A DNA stretch of 63,825 bases, the filler included, from Sluysia triapertura (lineage: Eukaryota): assembly GCA_046118255.1 (NCBI GenBank). It is 5 parts of 5 records of this genome, joined end to end, with 100 filler letters (N's around TTAATTAATTAA, not from the genome) between each part and the next. Parts side by side here need not be neighbours in the genome. Positions count along the whole stretch, not along the records: positions 38,181 to 52,228 come from JBJNIA010007770.1; positions 52,329 to 63,825 come from JBJNIA010184058.1; 3 more parts are not named here. One strand, given 5' to 3'. Below are positions 39,148-53,956 of the stretch, one piece after another. Both the position numbers and the translations under genes were made by a program. Position 1 is the stretch's first letter, and each line of letters opens with the position of its first letter. The notes beneath the pieces were generated by a model. That model was not told where the DNA came from. It worked only from the letters and a program-made list of their open reading frames with translations, and searched no databases.

Positions 39148-42100
39148 AAAATTATTTATTGAAGAAATTCGACAGTTCAGTAGAATTAATCATATCAATT
39201 TTCCGGCAATATTAAAAATAGATGAACAACACAGTGGCAATATTTCAAATGTAATGATAATTACCGAATATTCAGAACTAGGAGACGTTGCTACGTTTTT
39301 ACGAACTCATTTTGATTATACAAAAAATTGTGAATCAATGATCCCTCCAGATCACTCTCAGATTAATCAAAAATATGAATTTAGAGATACAAATTTAAGT
39401 CAAAAAAACATTGAGTGAGTATTTTCTAAAACAATTAAAACAAATATTAATGTATAAAATTGTAAATGTAATCGATTTATTAAAATATAATGAATTTTTA
39501 TGAGTAGCCTATAATGATTTCAAAGGATATTTGAGAATTAAGTATAGTTTTAATTACAAGATTAACTTTTTAATATAAAAATTGTAAAAAATGAAATGAA
39601 GCTTTATATTTTTAATCTGGTAAAAGCAATTAAAACCATAAACAATTTATATTAGATAATATCTTTGGTGTTTGACAATGTTTCATTAAAAATTAATACT
39701 ACTTTTTCAAAAAAACAACTATCAAAATATAGAAGCTATCAATACAGAAAAAAGAGAAGTTGTTTATTTATGTCTAAGTATCTAATTAAAATTTACTACT
39801 ACATATAAGTATATTACTAAAATAATGTTAACGTAAAACTTTTTACTAATGAAATGATGCTTTTAGCAAAACTACTTTCAAATAAGACAGTGAATTTGAA
39901 AAATTGTACATCGGTGAATACTTTGATATTTCTGAGGGATGTATTAATAATAAGTACTTAAAATGTCTGATAAATTGATTTCAATGCTGTAGGAGAAAAT
40001 GTCGATAAAATAGCGGACATTTTAAATGTGAAACGTAAGTTAAGCATTATTTAAGTTACACATTTTCTTATTTTTTACCAAGTTGTTCATTGTTGACATT
40101 CGTAAAGCATTTCATTGTACACATATAATTCTCAATTATCTTACTAAAATTAGTCTAATTTTTTAGAATTATTCAAAGCGTGTATTTACTTGTGCACTTA
40201 AGTGCATAACTATCAGAGATTAATTCCTTTATTTTAATTGCTTATCATTATCTCAGTTTAATAATCATTTAAGTATATTTAACATGAATTAAAGCTTTTA
40301 AATAATGATAATTTGAAATTTATATATATTAAATTATTTAGATTTAGAGAAATTTTATTTTAAGGTCCAATGTAAATTCAGAATTAAATTTTGCTTATCA
40401 TATCACCAAATCGAAATTTCGTTTCTTGTACCATCCAATTTCATTTTCGCTCAGCGACATAGATCATACAAATAAAAAAGTTTCGCTTTCGACTTTTACC
40501 AAACATATTCGATAGGTCAAGTATATCCAGTGTATTTTTAAGGTACAGTATTGCAATCATTAATTTTTTTCCATTTTCATACTTAAGAGCATTTATTTTA
40601 ACTGTTAAATTATTAAGTCGATATAATAAAGAATTATTCAGCGATCTTTAAAACAACGTCTTGGTACAATGTATTGTCACATACTGCAATTAAGTAATAG
40701 ATTAGTGAATTCAAAAGTTGAAAGAAATGTTTTTGATAATGAAAATGTTGAACAACCAATAGAAATTTATGGTGAAAACTATATAATTAAATTATTATAT
40801 AGATATTTTGCTGACAATTAAGTCAAACTTCACAAATGCGTATTATTTTTGAAATACACCCTGAGTTAACGAACCACTTGAATATAGAAATGTATCCAAG
40901 TGGCTAAAAAAGAAAAGTATGTCATGAAGTATGTGCTAAACAAACTGCAGCTTTATTTTTCGTCGGTTACTACAACATTAATAATTACTAAAAATGTCAG
41001 TTACCGAGTTTTTATTTGACTTAATTAAAATAACTTAGAGTTTAGAAAATATATTTTAATAAAAACAAACGAACATTTGAGGGCTTTCATCTAATTATGA
41101 CGGTATTTTAAGTTTTAGAGTTTTAGCTTATTTTATTTCATAATTTAAAATAAACGCATCAAAAATACTGAATGTTTGTCCGCATGCGAGGCATCAGTAA
41201 TCAAAAGGTTTAAAATACGAACATTAAGGTAAGCAAGAGATTACAAAATAATACAATATGTAGTGATGTAAGTAGAAATCTTTCCATACAAGATATGAGG
41301 TTTGCTGAAAGTAAAAGTATTAAAAATCACTTTAAAAAGTTAGATAAAAATGTGGAAGAAAGTATAAAAGTCCAGGAAAGGCAAATAAAAAGCAAATAAA
41401 AAATAAAACTGATTAATTATTAATTAAAAATATATTTTATAAAATGTATTAATTATCAATAATTAAATGTCGTTTTAGGTTATTGGACCTCGTCGATTGG
41501 GCAATTCAAGTAGCCAATGGTATGAGTCATTTGCACGATACACTGGAATTGGTTCATCGTGATTTGGCTTGTCGTAATCTGTTACTTGAATATAATACAA
41601 ATCGGTATACATTTTCTCATAATTCATTTGTATCCCGAACCAGATCACGTAAAAACGGTTTTGTAGACACAAGTCATACAAAAAAATCGCATTTTTTACC
41701 ATTTATCATCAAAATATCAGATTTGGCTATTTGTCAAACACAATTTCAAGATGATTACTATACATTACCAATATCAACTAATCAAAGTCAAATAATAAAT
41801 GACCAATTAAATAATGACCAATTACAATGTAATATTTCGGTTTGTCAAAACAATATAAATTGTGTAAATCGAGATGAAACATATTACAAATTGCCAATAA
41901 GATGGATGCCATGGGAAGCAGTATTAAAGGCTAGCTAATTATCTTATTTTATTAGCTGACAAATTGTCAACCTTTAGTTTAATATAGGAGTTTACATAAA
42001 ATGTCTATTTATTAAAGATTAAAGAAAATTCGTACAATACACAGAGTTTATAAAATTATATAACATAGTTACATGAAACTCAATAATATTCTATTTCTAT

Positions 42101-45100
42101 TATTAAAATTCTTTAGAAATCGAACTAGAGAGCCAACTTATTTGTGGTTAGTTGAGTCTTGAGCTTTTATTATTTATTTATTGCATTTTGAATACTACCA
42201 TTTATTTGTGTTTTGTAACCCCTGAAATTGAGTATTATAATTGAATTTTATTTTATTAATTGTCGTAAAAAGACTGTGTTATATTGACTTATTCATTATT
42301 TGATTTAATTGTGATATAGTTGTAATATATTGAGATTGAGACTCATTCAATTGTCTTTTAAAATTTAAAGAGTATTAAAAAAGATAAAAGCACAACAAAT
42401 TACTGGTCTATAATATAAGTAATTTTTTCGAAACCAAGCTCTTACGAAATAAGGAATTTGGTACAAGTATCAGAGAAAACCATTTTAAAATGTTTTAATT
42501 ATATTTGAGTTATATTTGAGCGACTTTAGTCTTAAATCTGCAGTCAGTATTTCAATTCTTCTAATGTTTCTTTTATTTCTTTTTTGCATTTTGTCCGAAT
42601 CATCGTAAAATATAGTTTTATGATAATCTGTTATTTTTAATTTTTATTTTATATTATTCTTATTTGCCTGTAGATCATGACATTATGTAACTGTTTTTCG
42701 TCATTGGAAAAATAAAAATTTATATACTATAGCCTTAAGTCTATTATATCTATCAATTATCACATCGTTGGATATTAATAAAATTTCTATTTAGGTATAT
42801 AATGTTTAATCAATTGTTTTTTTGGTAAACAGATATTTTTATGTGACATTAGATGCGTTAAAATTAAAAGTTTAGTATGAGTTTAAAAAGTTATAATTAT
42901 AAATAATTTAAAAGAACCACATTCATTTACAAAATTATCACTAAGTCTTTTATCAATATGGATTTTAAAAGTAATTTATACTACAAGTAGTTGAATAATA
43001 TTTATTTTTATCAATTTAACTTTAAATGTTTATAGAAGTCATATAACAGGGTTGGCCAACTTTTGTGCACAAAAGATCTACTTGTTATTTTAAAAATATG
43101 TAGCAACCGATTTGTCATAGGCGCAGTGTAAGTGGATAGTAGATGTGAAATACATATTATGTTTATAGTGTGACGCTTTTGCATTACGTTCATACGTTGT
43201 ATTCGGTTTAAGTGTAACATATTAAGCCAAAGACATCCCGAGCTATCGACTTGTTAGCCACCCATTTCAATTTCATGTCTTTTACCTTATTTTCTTATAA
43301 CTATTCTAATATCTAATTTTCATTTACTTGACATATTATTTTTTAGATTTACTATCATTTATCATTATAATAATTAAATATTTACGTTACAAATAACAAA
43401 ATAGCAAATAATTATGTACTAATAATGTTTTATTTATTTTAGAAAATGTTGCTAATTAATATTATGTAAACTGTACGAATATTATTTAATTTTTGAAGCT
43501 AAAGAGTAAATTATTTTCTAGAATCATAATTTCGTGCCTAAATAAATATGTATTATTATTAAAATATAATTGAATCTTAATTTAGGGTGAATATTCTACG
43601 AAATCAGACGTGCATTCTTTTGGTGTACTGTTTTGGGAATTGTTAACAAACTGCAAAATGCAGCCATTAACAGAATTGACTAATGAACAAGTAATTTTAA
43701 TAATATAGTTACCTATTTATTTATATCATTATATCATTAAAGAAAGTACTATTTTGTAACTATATGAAAAAACTGTTTTAAAATATATATGAAATAAGGT
43801 ATATTTTCCAATAAACAAAAACAATGCAACACAGATACTAAGATTAAATATTCACTGATTTATTTTTATGAAGAAGTGACAGGATAATATACGACAGTTG
43901 ATGCTAAATTATGGAATAATTTGAAATTAAACAAAATGAATTTTATTGACCATGAAGCAATCCCATTTATGTAACACGAAAAACTTATAAGACCATCACA
44001 GTTATAAATATTGCTAAGAATTTTAACGTTATTGGATTTGAGCCTACATTTATCAACTTATCTTAATTGTAAGCTAAAATGACCATTGAATACTTTGCGA
44101 TGAAATTCTTAATTGTACGAAAATTTAATTTTAAAAAATTAATTTATTTGGAAATTAATTTTACGAGTTGCCTTAAGATCATATTCTAAGTAATATTTGT
44201 TAGTGCTCTCTCTATATTTATACGGATAAATATCGATATAATTGAATCGTTTTAAGAATTTCTAAGGCTTATTTCAACCTTAATATCGGTTAGGTGAATA
44301 TGGCATGAATTTATTTCAATTCCTATAACGAATTTTAATTCATCATTGAATGATATCAGCTTTACTTTAAAAATAAACTTAGTTCTTTTACGACACATGC
44401 ATTTCATTTATGTTTTGCCTTTTAAAAAACGAATAAATATAAACATAAGTTGAATTCATGACTAATTTGACAAAAAATTTTGCAATATTTAAAGATGATA
44501 AAACACTCACCAAAATCTCGAAAAATCGTACGGTAAACTCGAATAAAACACGGTGATAGTATTGCAACGACCTACATTTTCTTCAATAATAGTATCATAC
44601 ATAAAAATTACTAGAAGTCTTTCTATAATTTGTCTTAGTTAAACAGGAATTTTAACAGCATTCGAAAAATTCGACACTTTAAAGATTAGTGATGATTCTG
44701 AGAGTAGAATTTCTAAAACTTCTATTATACTTTAACAATAATTTAGAAAATGCAGATCAGATGAACATTAACATCGGTTACTAATTCTTCATCTTTATTG
44801 TGCAGTAGATCTCAAGTACACTCGTTCAAAAACTAATTGATGATAAATCATAGGCATAATCTCATCATAACTAAGTTCATATACATTAGAAGTAATATTT
44901 TAGGATGTCGCAATGAACTCAATACGTTAATTTCTTTGTATATAATATTTAACATAAAATCATGATTACTATATTTTCGTAAAGTTCCGTCATAATTTGC
45001 GGACATAAATGATCTCATTATTATGGTTACATAATAATGATACTTATTACACCCTGAAATAATAATTCACACATAATTTTGAAATTCTTTTTATCATAAT

Positions 45101-45529
45101 TTAAACAAATATCATTTGTATCAGCTGTAAAGTGAGTAACAAAAGGAGATTGAATAAAAGAAAGAGTAAAGTATAATTCAATTTTATTAGATTTATACAC
45201 AAATACACTCTTTCTCTTTCATATGCTGATCTCGTTATTGAACTTTTCGTAGAATGACTTATAATTTTTTCGCATCTGGAGCAGACCATGTATAAATAAA
45301 TTTATCAGAACAAAAAGTAATAATGGATTCTGAATCAAAATCATAAGCTGCTACAGTGTAACCTTCACCATAAGTCTTTATAGATAACTTCATTAAATTA
45401 ATTTCGTGTATTTAAATTATTTCTTAACAATGGCAAATATTTTTGCATGAAAAAAATACTTTCATAAAATTTCATCCAAATTCCATTGATTTAGAAATAA
45501 TGATATTGATGTGCTGATTAATTACTTAA

Positions 45530-45600
<71 letters not shown>

Positions 45601-47548
45601 GTCATTATTTGAGTAAATTTTGTATCAAAAATTAATTTAAAAATATTACATTTTATATTTTTGAACTAGATAATAAACTGTAAACAATTAATTAAAAAAC
45701 AATTAAATTTGCTGGGTATTTTTCTTAACCTAAAAACCTAACCTACAGCAAATTAATTAATTATTATGAGTCCGTTTACAGTATACGACTTACTAATGGT
45801 GTACCTGTAAAAATTACGAGTAAACAATTATCAAAATTAATCGTACAAAAAAAATGCTTCGCCTTAACTTACAATAATGGAGAAAAAATTGGTTGTTTAT
45901 GTCAATTAACAACAGATAACTTAAAAAACTAATTAACTAATTAATCAAATGATAAACAATGATAATGTCTTTATGTGACCATAAAATTTTATAATTCTTG
46001 TATTAACTACTACCAAGTGAAAAGAGTATGGAATTTTACATTATCTATATGTATATATTAAAAAACAATGCACAAATATACAAATTTTTAATAACAAAAA
46101 TAAAATGTAATTTGACACAAATTAATAGGATAGATTATTAAAACTATTAAGTATTGTAAAATAATATAAGATAATACAAAACTTATAATAAAAATAATAT
46201 TTGATTTATAATAAGGGTCTAGCCGTACGACTCTGCCCTACGATATCTATTTTATAATTGACCTTAAGGGCCAATTAAAGGTTTGAGATTTTATATTTTA
46301 GTGTAATTTTATGATTGGCCTTAATGACCAACCGTGAAAAAAGATATTTTACGTGTACTTTATGATAACTTATAATTTAAACTTACGATTAATCAATAAA
46401 CACGAAAAATAGATAATTGTTTCTTCTTCTTCGAAATTATGTGTGCTATGGAAAATCGTTCCCTCTAATCGTTGACGCGGGACACGATTAATCACCTTGA
46501 TTTATAAATTGAAGATTTGTTGGATTCCTCGAGAAGGACAATCTAATACCGAGATATTGGATGATTGATGTTTGCTGAAGTAAAATGGCGAAGTGGCTGC
46601 TTTGTTTTCCAAATATGATGAATTGCAATGAGTATTGTTGTTTGTTTTATTTGTCACTGTCTTTATATACTCATAAAGACATTTTTTGAAATTTAATACA
46701 TTTAAATAAACTTCTTTCTAGAAGTTTCTTTTTAGGTCTTTTTAAAATTATATTAATAATAATTTTAATTGTATTATAATTAAATTAATAATTTTTTAAA
46801 ATATATGAATTTTAATAATTTTTATAGCATTTTTTTAAAATTAGAGAAACATAAAAAAAATTAAAAAATATAAAATATAAAATTATGTACACCTTTACAA
46901 ATTTATGTAAACATTCTAAAAGTTGTCTCAAAGTTCGACACAATATTCAATAATAAATCTAATGGTTATAAAAATGCTCTAAGAAAGAGAATAACATGTG
47001 GAATTGAGCTCTAAAGCGAAAAAATATAATTGGTAAAGGACTATTTATCATTGTCAAAATTAAGAGTTCTTTATCTATGTTCTTGCCATCACGAAAACAT
47101 TAAGATGCTAATAATAATTGGTTTGTTATGATGTGATAATATGAGGAAAATTTATATTTTATGTGAAATATAAAAATAGAAACAAAGAAATTCTATAAAA
47201 AGAAAATAAAATTTTCTATTAACAAAACTAATAACATGGTAATCTCATTTTTAAAATGTGCATTAGAAAATTATTTAACTAATAAGAATCTGAAAACTAT
47301 AAAATTCTAAGTTACACATCAATGTTTAATTTGACTAAATAACATTATTTTTATTATTTTAGATTATAATTAATCATAACTTACAAGCAACCAACGATGA
47401 CAGAGCTCGAAATTTGCCACTAATTCCAACAATAATCGATTTCAACGATTTTCTAAATGACTGTACCGAGCGGAATCCTTCTTTACGCCCTGAATTTAAA
47501 GATATTAGTCTACGTTTACAACACCAATTCACTTCAATTGGCAAATAA
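39148..47548 (+). CDS. DDR-like receptor tyrosine kinase, kinase-domain exons (5' part not in this contig)
   Basis: Exons 39148-39414 (FIEEIRQFSRINHINF...MIITEYSELGDVATFLR), 41479-41929 (LVDWAIQVANGMSHL...VHRDLACRNLL...IKISDLA...DDYY...LPIRWMPWEAVLK), 43586-43690 (GEYSTKSDVHSFGVLFWELLTNCKMQPLTELTNEQ) and 47363-47548 (...DCTERNPSLRPEFKDISLRLQ...stop). Phases are consistent. PIRWM.WE and WE.LT.C..QP...LT.EQ are DDR-family features. Confidence 0.85.
40600..41213 (+). mobile_element. Degenerate piggyBac-like 3' remnant inside a kinase intron
   Basis: LLSRY...KTTSWYNVLSH...VNS resembles the piggyBac 'KT.KWY..LF.H......NA' segment. Cys-rich remnant at ~40915-40975. Ends GTCCGCATGCGAGGCATCAGTAATCAAAAGGT-TTAA. 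Confidence 0.5.
43047..43265. mobile_element. Degenerate hAT MITE
   Basis: Left CAGGGTTGGCCAACTTTT, right GTTAGCCACCC (degenerate inverted copy). No clear TSD. Confidence 0.55.
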
Positions 47549-50230
47549 TTGGCAAACATTTTCCATCAACTTATTTGCTTATCATTGTGATTATCACTAT
47601 TATTGTCGTATTGTTAACATTTGTGATACACTATTAAACATAATCAATGCATTAAATTAAATATTTTTACTTTTGTTTATATGAAAATAAAGAATTCAAA
47701 TAATTGAAATACAATAAGTATAATAAAGCATAATGTTTAATAAGGGTTTGCAAATTTTTAAAATAAAGCAATTACTTATTTAGTTTCATTTTTTCTAAAT
47801 TTTAAAATATTTGGACTAATATAAATAAAGGTACGTTTTGCGTAAACCATTTCTTCATTAAACTATAAGTATTTTTAAAAGGAAAACATTAAAGAAATTT
47901 TTCACCAAGTGACAATGAAAACTATTCAAACACTTTTTAGTGATTAAATGTAGCTTCATCAAAAAAAGTTGATTAAACAGTTTCAATATTTTATATTAAT
48001 TTTTACAGTATATGAAGAAATTTAATGGAGTTAAAATTAAATGTTAAGTGTTTTAATTTTAAATATAAAAATATAAAAAGATATGAAAATCCATAAAAGT
48101 TTTCAAATTAAATAAATGCGTTGTAAAAAAAACCGTCACTTTAGTCCGTTGCATCCAAAGTTTATTTTAATCGAAAACTTTATAAAATGTAATTTTTTGT
48201 AAATATTTTAAAAATTAACATTAAGCAATAACACATACTTTCATTCTAGTTGTATTTATATAAAGTAATCCGTTTTTTTATATTAATCGTTTGATTTGGC
48301 ACATCTTTTATTATTTCCAGTGCAACAAAAACATTCTATTCATTTCTAAATTTATCATCCTCAATTAATTTTCTGTAAACAAATTCTATAATATATCAAT
48401 AAATCTTTTGGCTGGTGCTTGTTTTTAGTTTACTTCAACTAAACTCTAATTACTTCTACATTTTTATAAATTTGTACTGGTAATAAATTGTTAAATTGGG
48501 ATTAATATTCGGTGGTCAAATCCAGTCAATCAATTTTAGAAAAGTCTAACATACATATTTTTTTATTTTCGATAATTGATTTTAAAAAGTATCAATATAA
48601 TTTCGTCAATTATTCTTCATAGATATAGATAGATTATTATTTTATAAATTTTGAAATTGAGTACATTTTTGTTCAATATCTTTAAATAATGTTAATTATT
48701 TCATATAGACAAATTAATTTATCTTTGCACATTTTATTATAAAGATTTTTCAAAATGTATACTTCCCAAAATGTATACAACAGTCAAAAATTTCAAAGTA
48801 CTTTTAAATAAGTTCTATTTAAGCGTCGTTTTTTAACGAGATGTTAACTTGAAGTTTAAAAATTAAATCCATTATTATAAGTTGTTTCAGTATTTAATAT
48901 TTTTATTTTCACATATAATAAAAAATCTGGCAATGAACATGGCAAATTGATAAAAGTTAAATTAATGTAATAAATAAATCGAATTATTAAGTGTATTGTA
49001 TTATATAACTATATATTTTTAAGCCTAAGTAATAAAACACACAAAACGTTATATTTTAGAATTGATGTGCTTATATTAATGTAAAACTATTTTAGGATTC
49101 GCATTTNNNNNNNNNNNNNNNNNNNNNNNNNNNNNNNNNNNNNNNNNNNNNNNNNNNNNNNNNNNNNNNNNNNNNNNNNNNNNNNNNNNNNNNNNNNNNN
49201 NNNNNNNNNNNNNNNNNNNNNNNNNNNNNNNNNNNNNNNNNNNNNNNNNNNNNNNNNNNNNNNNNTTACTGTGATTTTGTGTGGTTCTAGTTTGACAAGA
49301 ATATGCCTATATATTGCTAAATGTAGTAAAATTTCACTAATAAATTAAAAATTATATATTTTTTTAAGAATTGTCATTTCTACTCAAATTATATTAAGCA
49401 TATTCTTGTTGTATGTGAATATTTCGTAAATTTTGGCACCATTACATCGCCAAAACTTAAAAAGGAAAATGAATATAACTCTAAAATCTAAATGGCTTTA
49501 AGTTACACATTTTTAATATATGTATTTTAATTCTTGAAATTTAAATATTTTTGGTACCATCTACTAAAATTCAATTAATTTAAATTCTACTTAAATTCTA
49601 ATTGAAATGATTAGTGAAAAAAAGTGATAAATTACTAGATAGAAGTTGTGGTATTAATGTCCCATACATATAGGAAGGGAAAAAATCGGAATATCTTAGT
49701 ATACTTTCCTTAAAAAGTTACTATAGTTATCACATGTAACAATAAAAAAATTAAATAAATATAAATTTCTACAATGAAATCCTTATTTCATTTCTAAAAA
49801 CTAAAGAATGTAGAGTAAATTTTGCTCATTTAATGTTGAAACAAAATGAAGCAGTGTATTTTCATATAGACGAAAATGGAATTTAGATGGATTTGATGCT
49901 GTCAAAACTATTAAATAGAAGAATTGTCTAGGAAAATCTTTGATGGCATGAGATTGCGTTGATGTAGAAAATGAACTAAAAATAATGGCAATACTAATTA
50001 GATGAAATGACATTAATAAAGTTTTCATCATGATAATGTTCCAGTCACCAAGTCAAAAGTTATTACTAATTGATTGTCTGATAATAATATCACTTCAGAT
50101 TGACCACCACATTTACTCGATGGTGTCAAAAGACTTCAAAATATATGCATAATTCAATATTTCAAATGCTTATGATTATTTTTAATCACGAAGCCTTCTT
50201 AAAATGTTAAACATATGTGTATGTTACGCA

Positions 50231-50289
<59 letters not shown>

Positions 50290-51527
50290 ATTGTTGCCAT
50301 AATTATCAAACAATTCAAATTGTCATTAGATATGCAGAATTTAGACCATTTTCCGTTAAGGTTTTGATAATTTTATAAAAATGGATGATGTCAAAATTTA
50401 TTTACAGTATGTGATACGTATATATTTGTATATCGTCTTTTGATTGGACTGTATATATACTTAGTTTTTTATTTTGTATGATATATAGATTTTTCTATAA
50501 TGTGAATTTGAATTTCATAAATAAATTGTTTGTGAAATCTTGTTAATTTATTTATTATATTTAATAATTATTAATTATTTAAAAATAAATGACAGTACTT
50601 TTACATCACAAGAGTTATTTATATACAAATATTATTTGAAAGATTTGAATTTTAAATGTTATTTAATAATATTGATTTCGGTTTCCTTAAACATGTGATA
50701 TACCTGTTTGCACGTTTTATAAAACAAAAGCTGCATTATGAACAAAAATAAAAATGACGAAAGTGATGAAATCTAGATAAGCTTAAATTTCATATTGTGA
50801 TTTTATGCGCTTTAATGATATTTAATATTAAACTTTATAAAGTGTCGACGATGATTCAACATTTACTCTATAAATAACAATTCTTAATAAAAATTAATAT
50901 CACTTTAATTTATTAAATCTTATATTAAAATATAAATCTAATCTCAATTTATATATTAATTATATCTCGAAATCCGAGTGCTCTTTGTTTCTGATGTAAG
51001 AGATATGAGTGCCAAATAAAGTTTTCAATGTGCTTTAAATTGTCAATGGTTTCAGTTAAATAATCAAGCAAATACTTAACTTTCGAGTAAACTTTTATTT
51101 ATAACTTAATACAAGAAAAAAATAACTATGAAATGACATAATGAAATTTCGTTTGATCATATTGTGAAGATTAATGTGGTTAAAAATGAATATTTGTTTT
51201 TGAATTAATTTCCTTATTCTTATTGTAAGTGCTCTATGATACTGGACTTACTGAAGGGCCAGCACATAGATTTGCAGCTTAGGAAAAATAGAAAAGTAGA
51301 AAATAGAAATATATATTATTCAAAAACTCCTTAGACTTATTTTATAATTTTATCACATAAGATAATAACGACACTAAAATTATTTATTCAACAAATTAAT
51401 ATACTTATCAAAAAATATAAACAAATCAATAAAATGGTTATATTCGAAAATTTACAAAATTAATCAAACATGTGAAAATGTTCTAATTTTTTAATAAAAT
51501 ATTAATAATATATTATATATAAATCAG

Positions 51528-51905
51528 TGTATAGGGAAATCACATAAAATTCATCACACTTCATCACATAAAAACATCACTTACTTATATAGATTATTAA
51601 ACAAACTACTAGACTCATTCAAAAAACAAACATAACCATTGTACATAATTATCATAAACTATAGCTATTGTTATTATAATTCCAGTCGTATTAAAATATA
51701 TAATTATTATTATGATTATTGTCGTATAATATAATCGCCACGATTGTCACACGATAACTTTCATATTAACAACAACAATACCATTATTTTAAAACATATA
51801 ATAATTACATTATTGTTATTATTTTTTATCTTTATCTTTAGCCTTTCTTCTTATTCTTTTGTTTTTCTTTGTTTAATCGACAGTATGCATTTGTGATCGC
51901 ATTGA
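51528..51905. repeat. Dispersed repeat, inverted homolog of 860-1248
   Basis: See 860-1248. Confidence 0.8.
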
Positions 51906-52681
51906 GCTATATCCACAAAAAACGATTCTAAAATGTTGTGACTATATAAAGATTATTCATGTGATGAAGAAAATGGTCGTAATGTAACTATTAATGTAAG
52001 AATGGGTTTCATAATTATATTTGAGAGAACAGAAGAATTCGTAGATCCTGAAATTATAAAATATGTAAATAATTAAATTATAAAAAAATCAATATTTGAT
52101 AAAAGCAGATTATGCTTATTAGGTACATATTATTTATAGAAATGTATTCTACATTTTACTGTATATTATCGTATCAATTTACGGAAATTCGTTTCAATGA
52201 ATTTTCAAGGAATTTTACTGAAACAAATNNNNNNNNNNNNNNNNNNNNNNNNNNNNNNNNNNNNNNNNNNNNTTAATTAATTAANNNNNNNNNNNNNNNN
52301 NNNNNNNNNNNNNNNNNNNNNNNNNNNNCCTTCACAGTACATTTGTTTCTTTTCATTTTATTTCATTTTAATATGTTAGAAGTATTAAGAATAAAAAGAA
52401 AGATCTTGTGTTTCAAAGATTTTTAAAGATTTATGCATTATTTTTAATCTTATAATAATAATAACAATAACTCATCATTCTTATTATTATTGTTATTATT
52501 ATTATTATCATTTCACCAGGTACCTAAATGAAAACAGAAATAAATTAAATTAAAAATTGTCGATAGCACTGGTTGCTACCATCAATGCTGACAGCCCATT
52601 TCACATTAACATTGAGCTGTCAGCCTTGATGATGATCGGTCGCCAGCTGTTTTCCATCCTTTTCTGTATTAATAAATGTCG

Positions 52682-52742
52682 CCCAATCAGAGTGTATTAC
52701 ATCACAAATACTAAACAATTAACTCTTGATACTCTGATTGGG
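52682..52742. promoter_or_regulatory. Paired inverted CCAAT boxes upstream of ORF 52897
   Basis: CCCAATCAGAGT (52682-52693) and ACTCTGATTGGG (52731-52742) form a perfect 12-bp inverted repeat with the same core as 13773-13824. Confidence 0.6.
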
Positions 52743-52896
52743 TGAAATGGAAATAACTGTAAAGTAATGTATACTCATCACAATTAGTAGTACACAATTT
52801 TTTAATATCGTTTCTTAGTTCTAATTATACAATTTTGTAATAATAAACAGTTGCAGTCTCGATAAACTAAGTGATGGGATTATTTTTGAAATTTTT

Positions 52897-53956
52897 ATGT
52901 CATCATTTTATTCTCGCAATAATCATAGATCAAACAATTTCAATGTTATTTTGTTACATAAAGTATTAGATAAGATAAAACGATCAAGACTTATGAATTC
53001 AATTTTAGTAGATGTACAAAAAGTTGTTATTGATAAATTTAGTGAGAGTGTTATGAGTATCCTAAAAAGTTTACACCTTGACGAAAAGGTATTAGAAACG
53101 TATTGTATAAGTACTTACCTAAAAGATTGTTTCCAATTTTATATTGGCAATATGCATGAAAACCTACCATTATTCAATTATGAATTCAAGAATATATCCG
53201 AAATTACAGTTTGTGTCATAGATAAAAGCTATATCATTACATGTTCTTATCAATTTGATAAAATCGTTTATTTTTATGTGAAGCCAAATAATGTTTTCGA
53301 ACAAGAGCATTACGACCCAGAATGTACATTCGTAATAGAAGGATCATTTTACGAAAATAATAATTTAATCTATTTCAAAATGACCAACAAATTATATGAA
53401 ACAAAAGAGAATTCCATGAATGAACTAAATTCACTATCTAATGATCTATCCACAAATCACTTGCTAATCTCACGTACTGTGTCGACACAGAAACAACCAA
53501 ATTCATTTAATTATCAAAAGAATGAAGAAATTCTCACGATACTGAAAAGTTATGTTGAAAAGAAGTTTATCTATATCGTAAACACGAATCGAATTAAAAC
53601 CGATGAAATAAGTGTAAGCGAAATTCACGATATGAAAAGATCTTTAGTTCTGAAAATTGTATGCTGTTTACCCAGTGCATTTCATCCTAAATCAAATGGC
53701 TATTTAGGTTTGCTCTTCAATAATCTAGAATATAGTTTATATACTAATGATAGGGGCAATACGCGTAAATATATATTAAATGAATCCGGCTTAATTTGCT
53801 TCGTCAAGCTAAATCGTGAAAATTTTAATATTAATGTCATTCAACGTGTATTCAAGTTATACGAAGGTAATTACATATTGCTTTATTTGAGTTTATTTGA
53901 TAAACATACAAATTACGAATTTATTAAATTATTTATTTATATTTTTATTAGGATAA
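52897..53956 (+). CDS. Hypothetical protein, probably ~324 aa after splicing
   Basis: Long open frame in ~75% AT DNA. AG|GTAATT...TTTTTATTAG intron at 53867-53951 gives ...FKLYEG-stop (TAA 53954-53956). No family recognised. Confidence 0.55.

Noticed and set aside
49801-50031. 76-aa ORF with a signal-peptide-like N-terminus
   Set aside because: Short, no recognisable family, and I could not link it in phase to the Ig exon. The hydrophobicity is expected from AT-rich codons.
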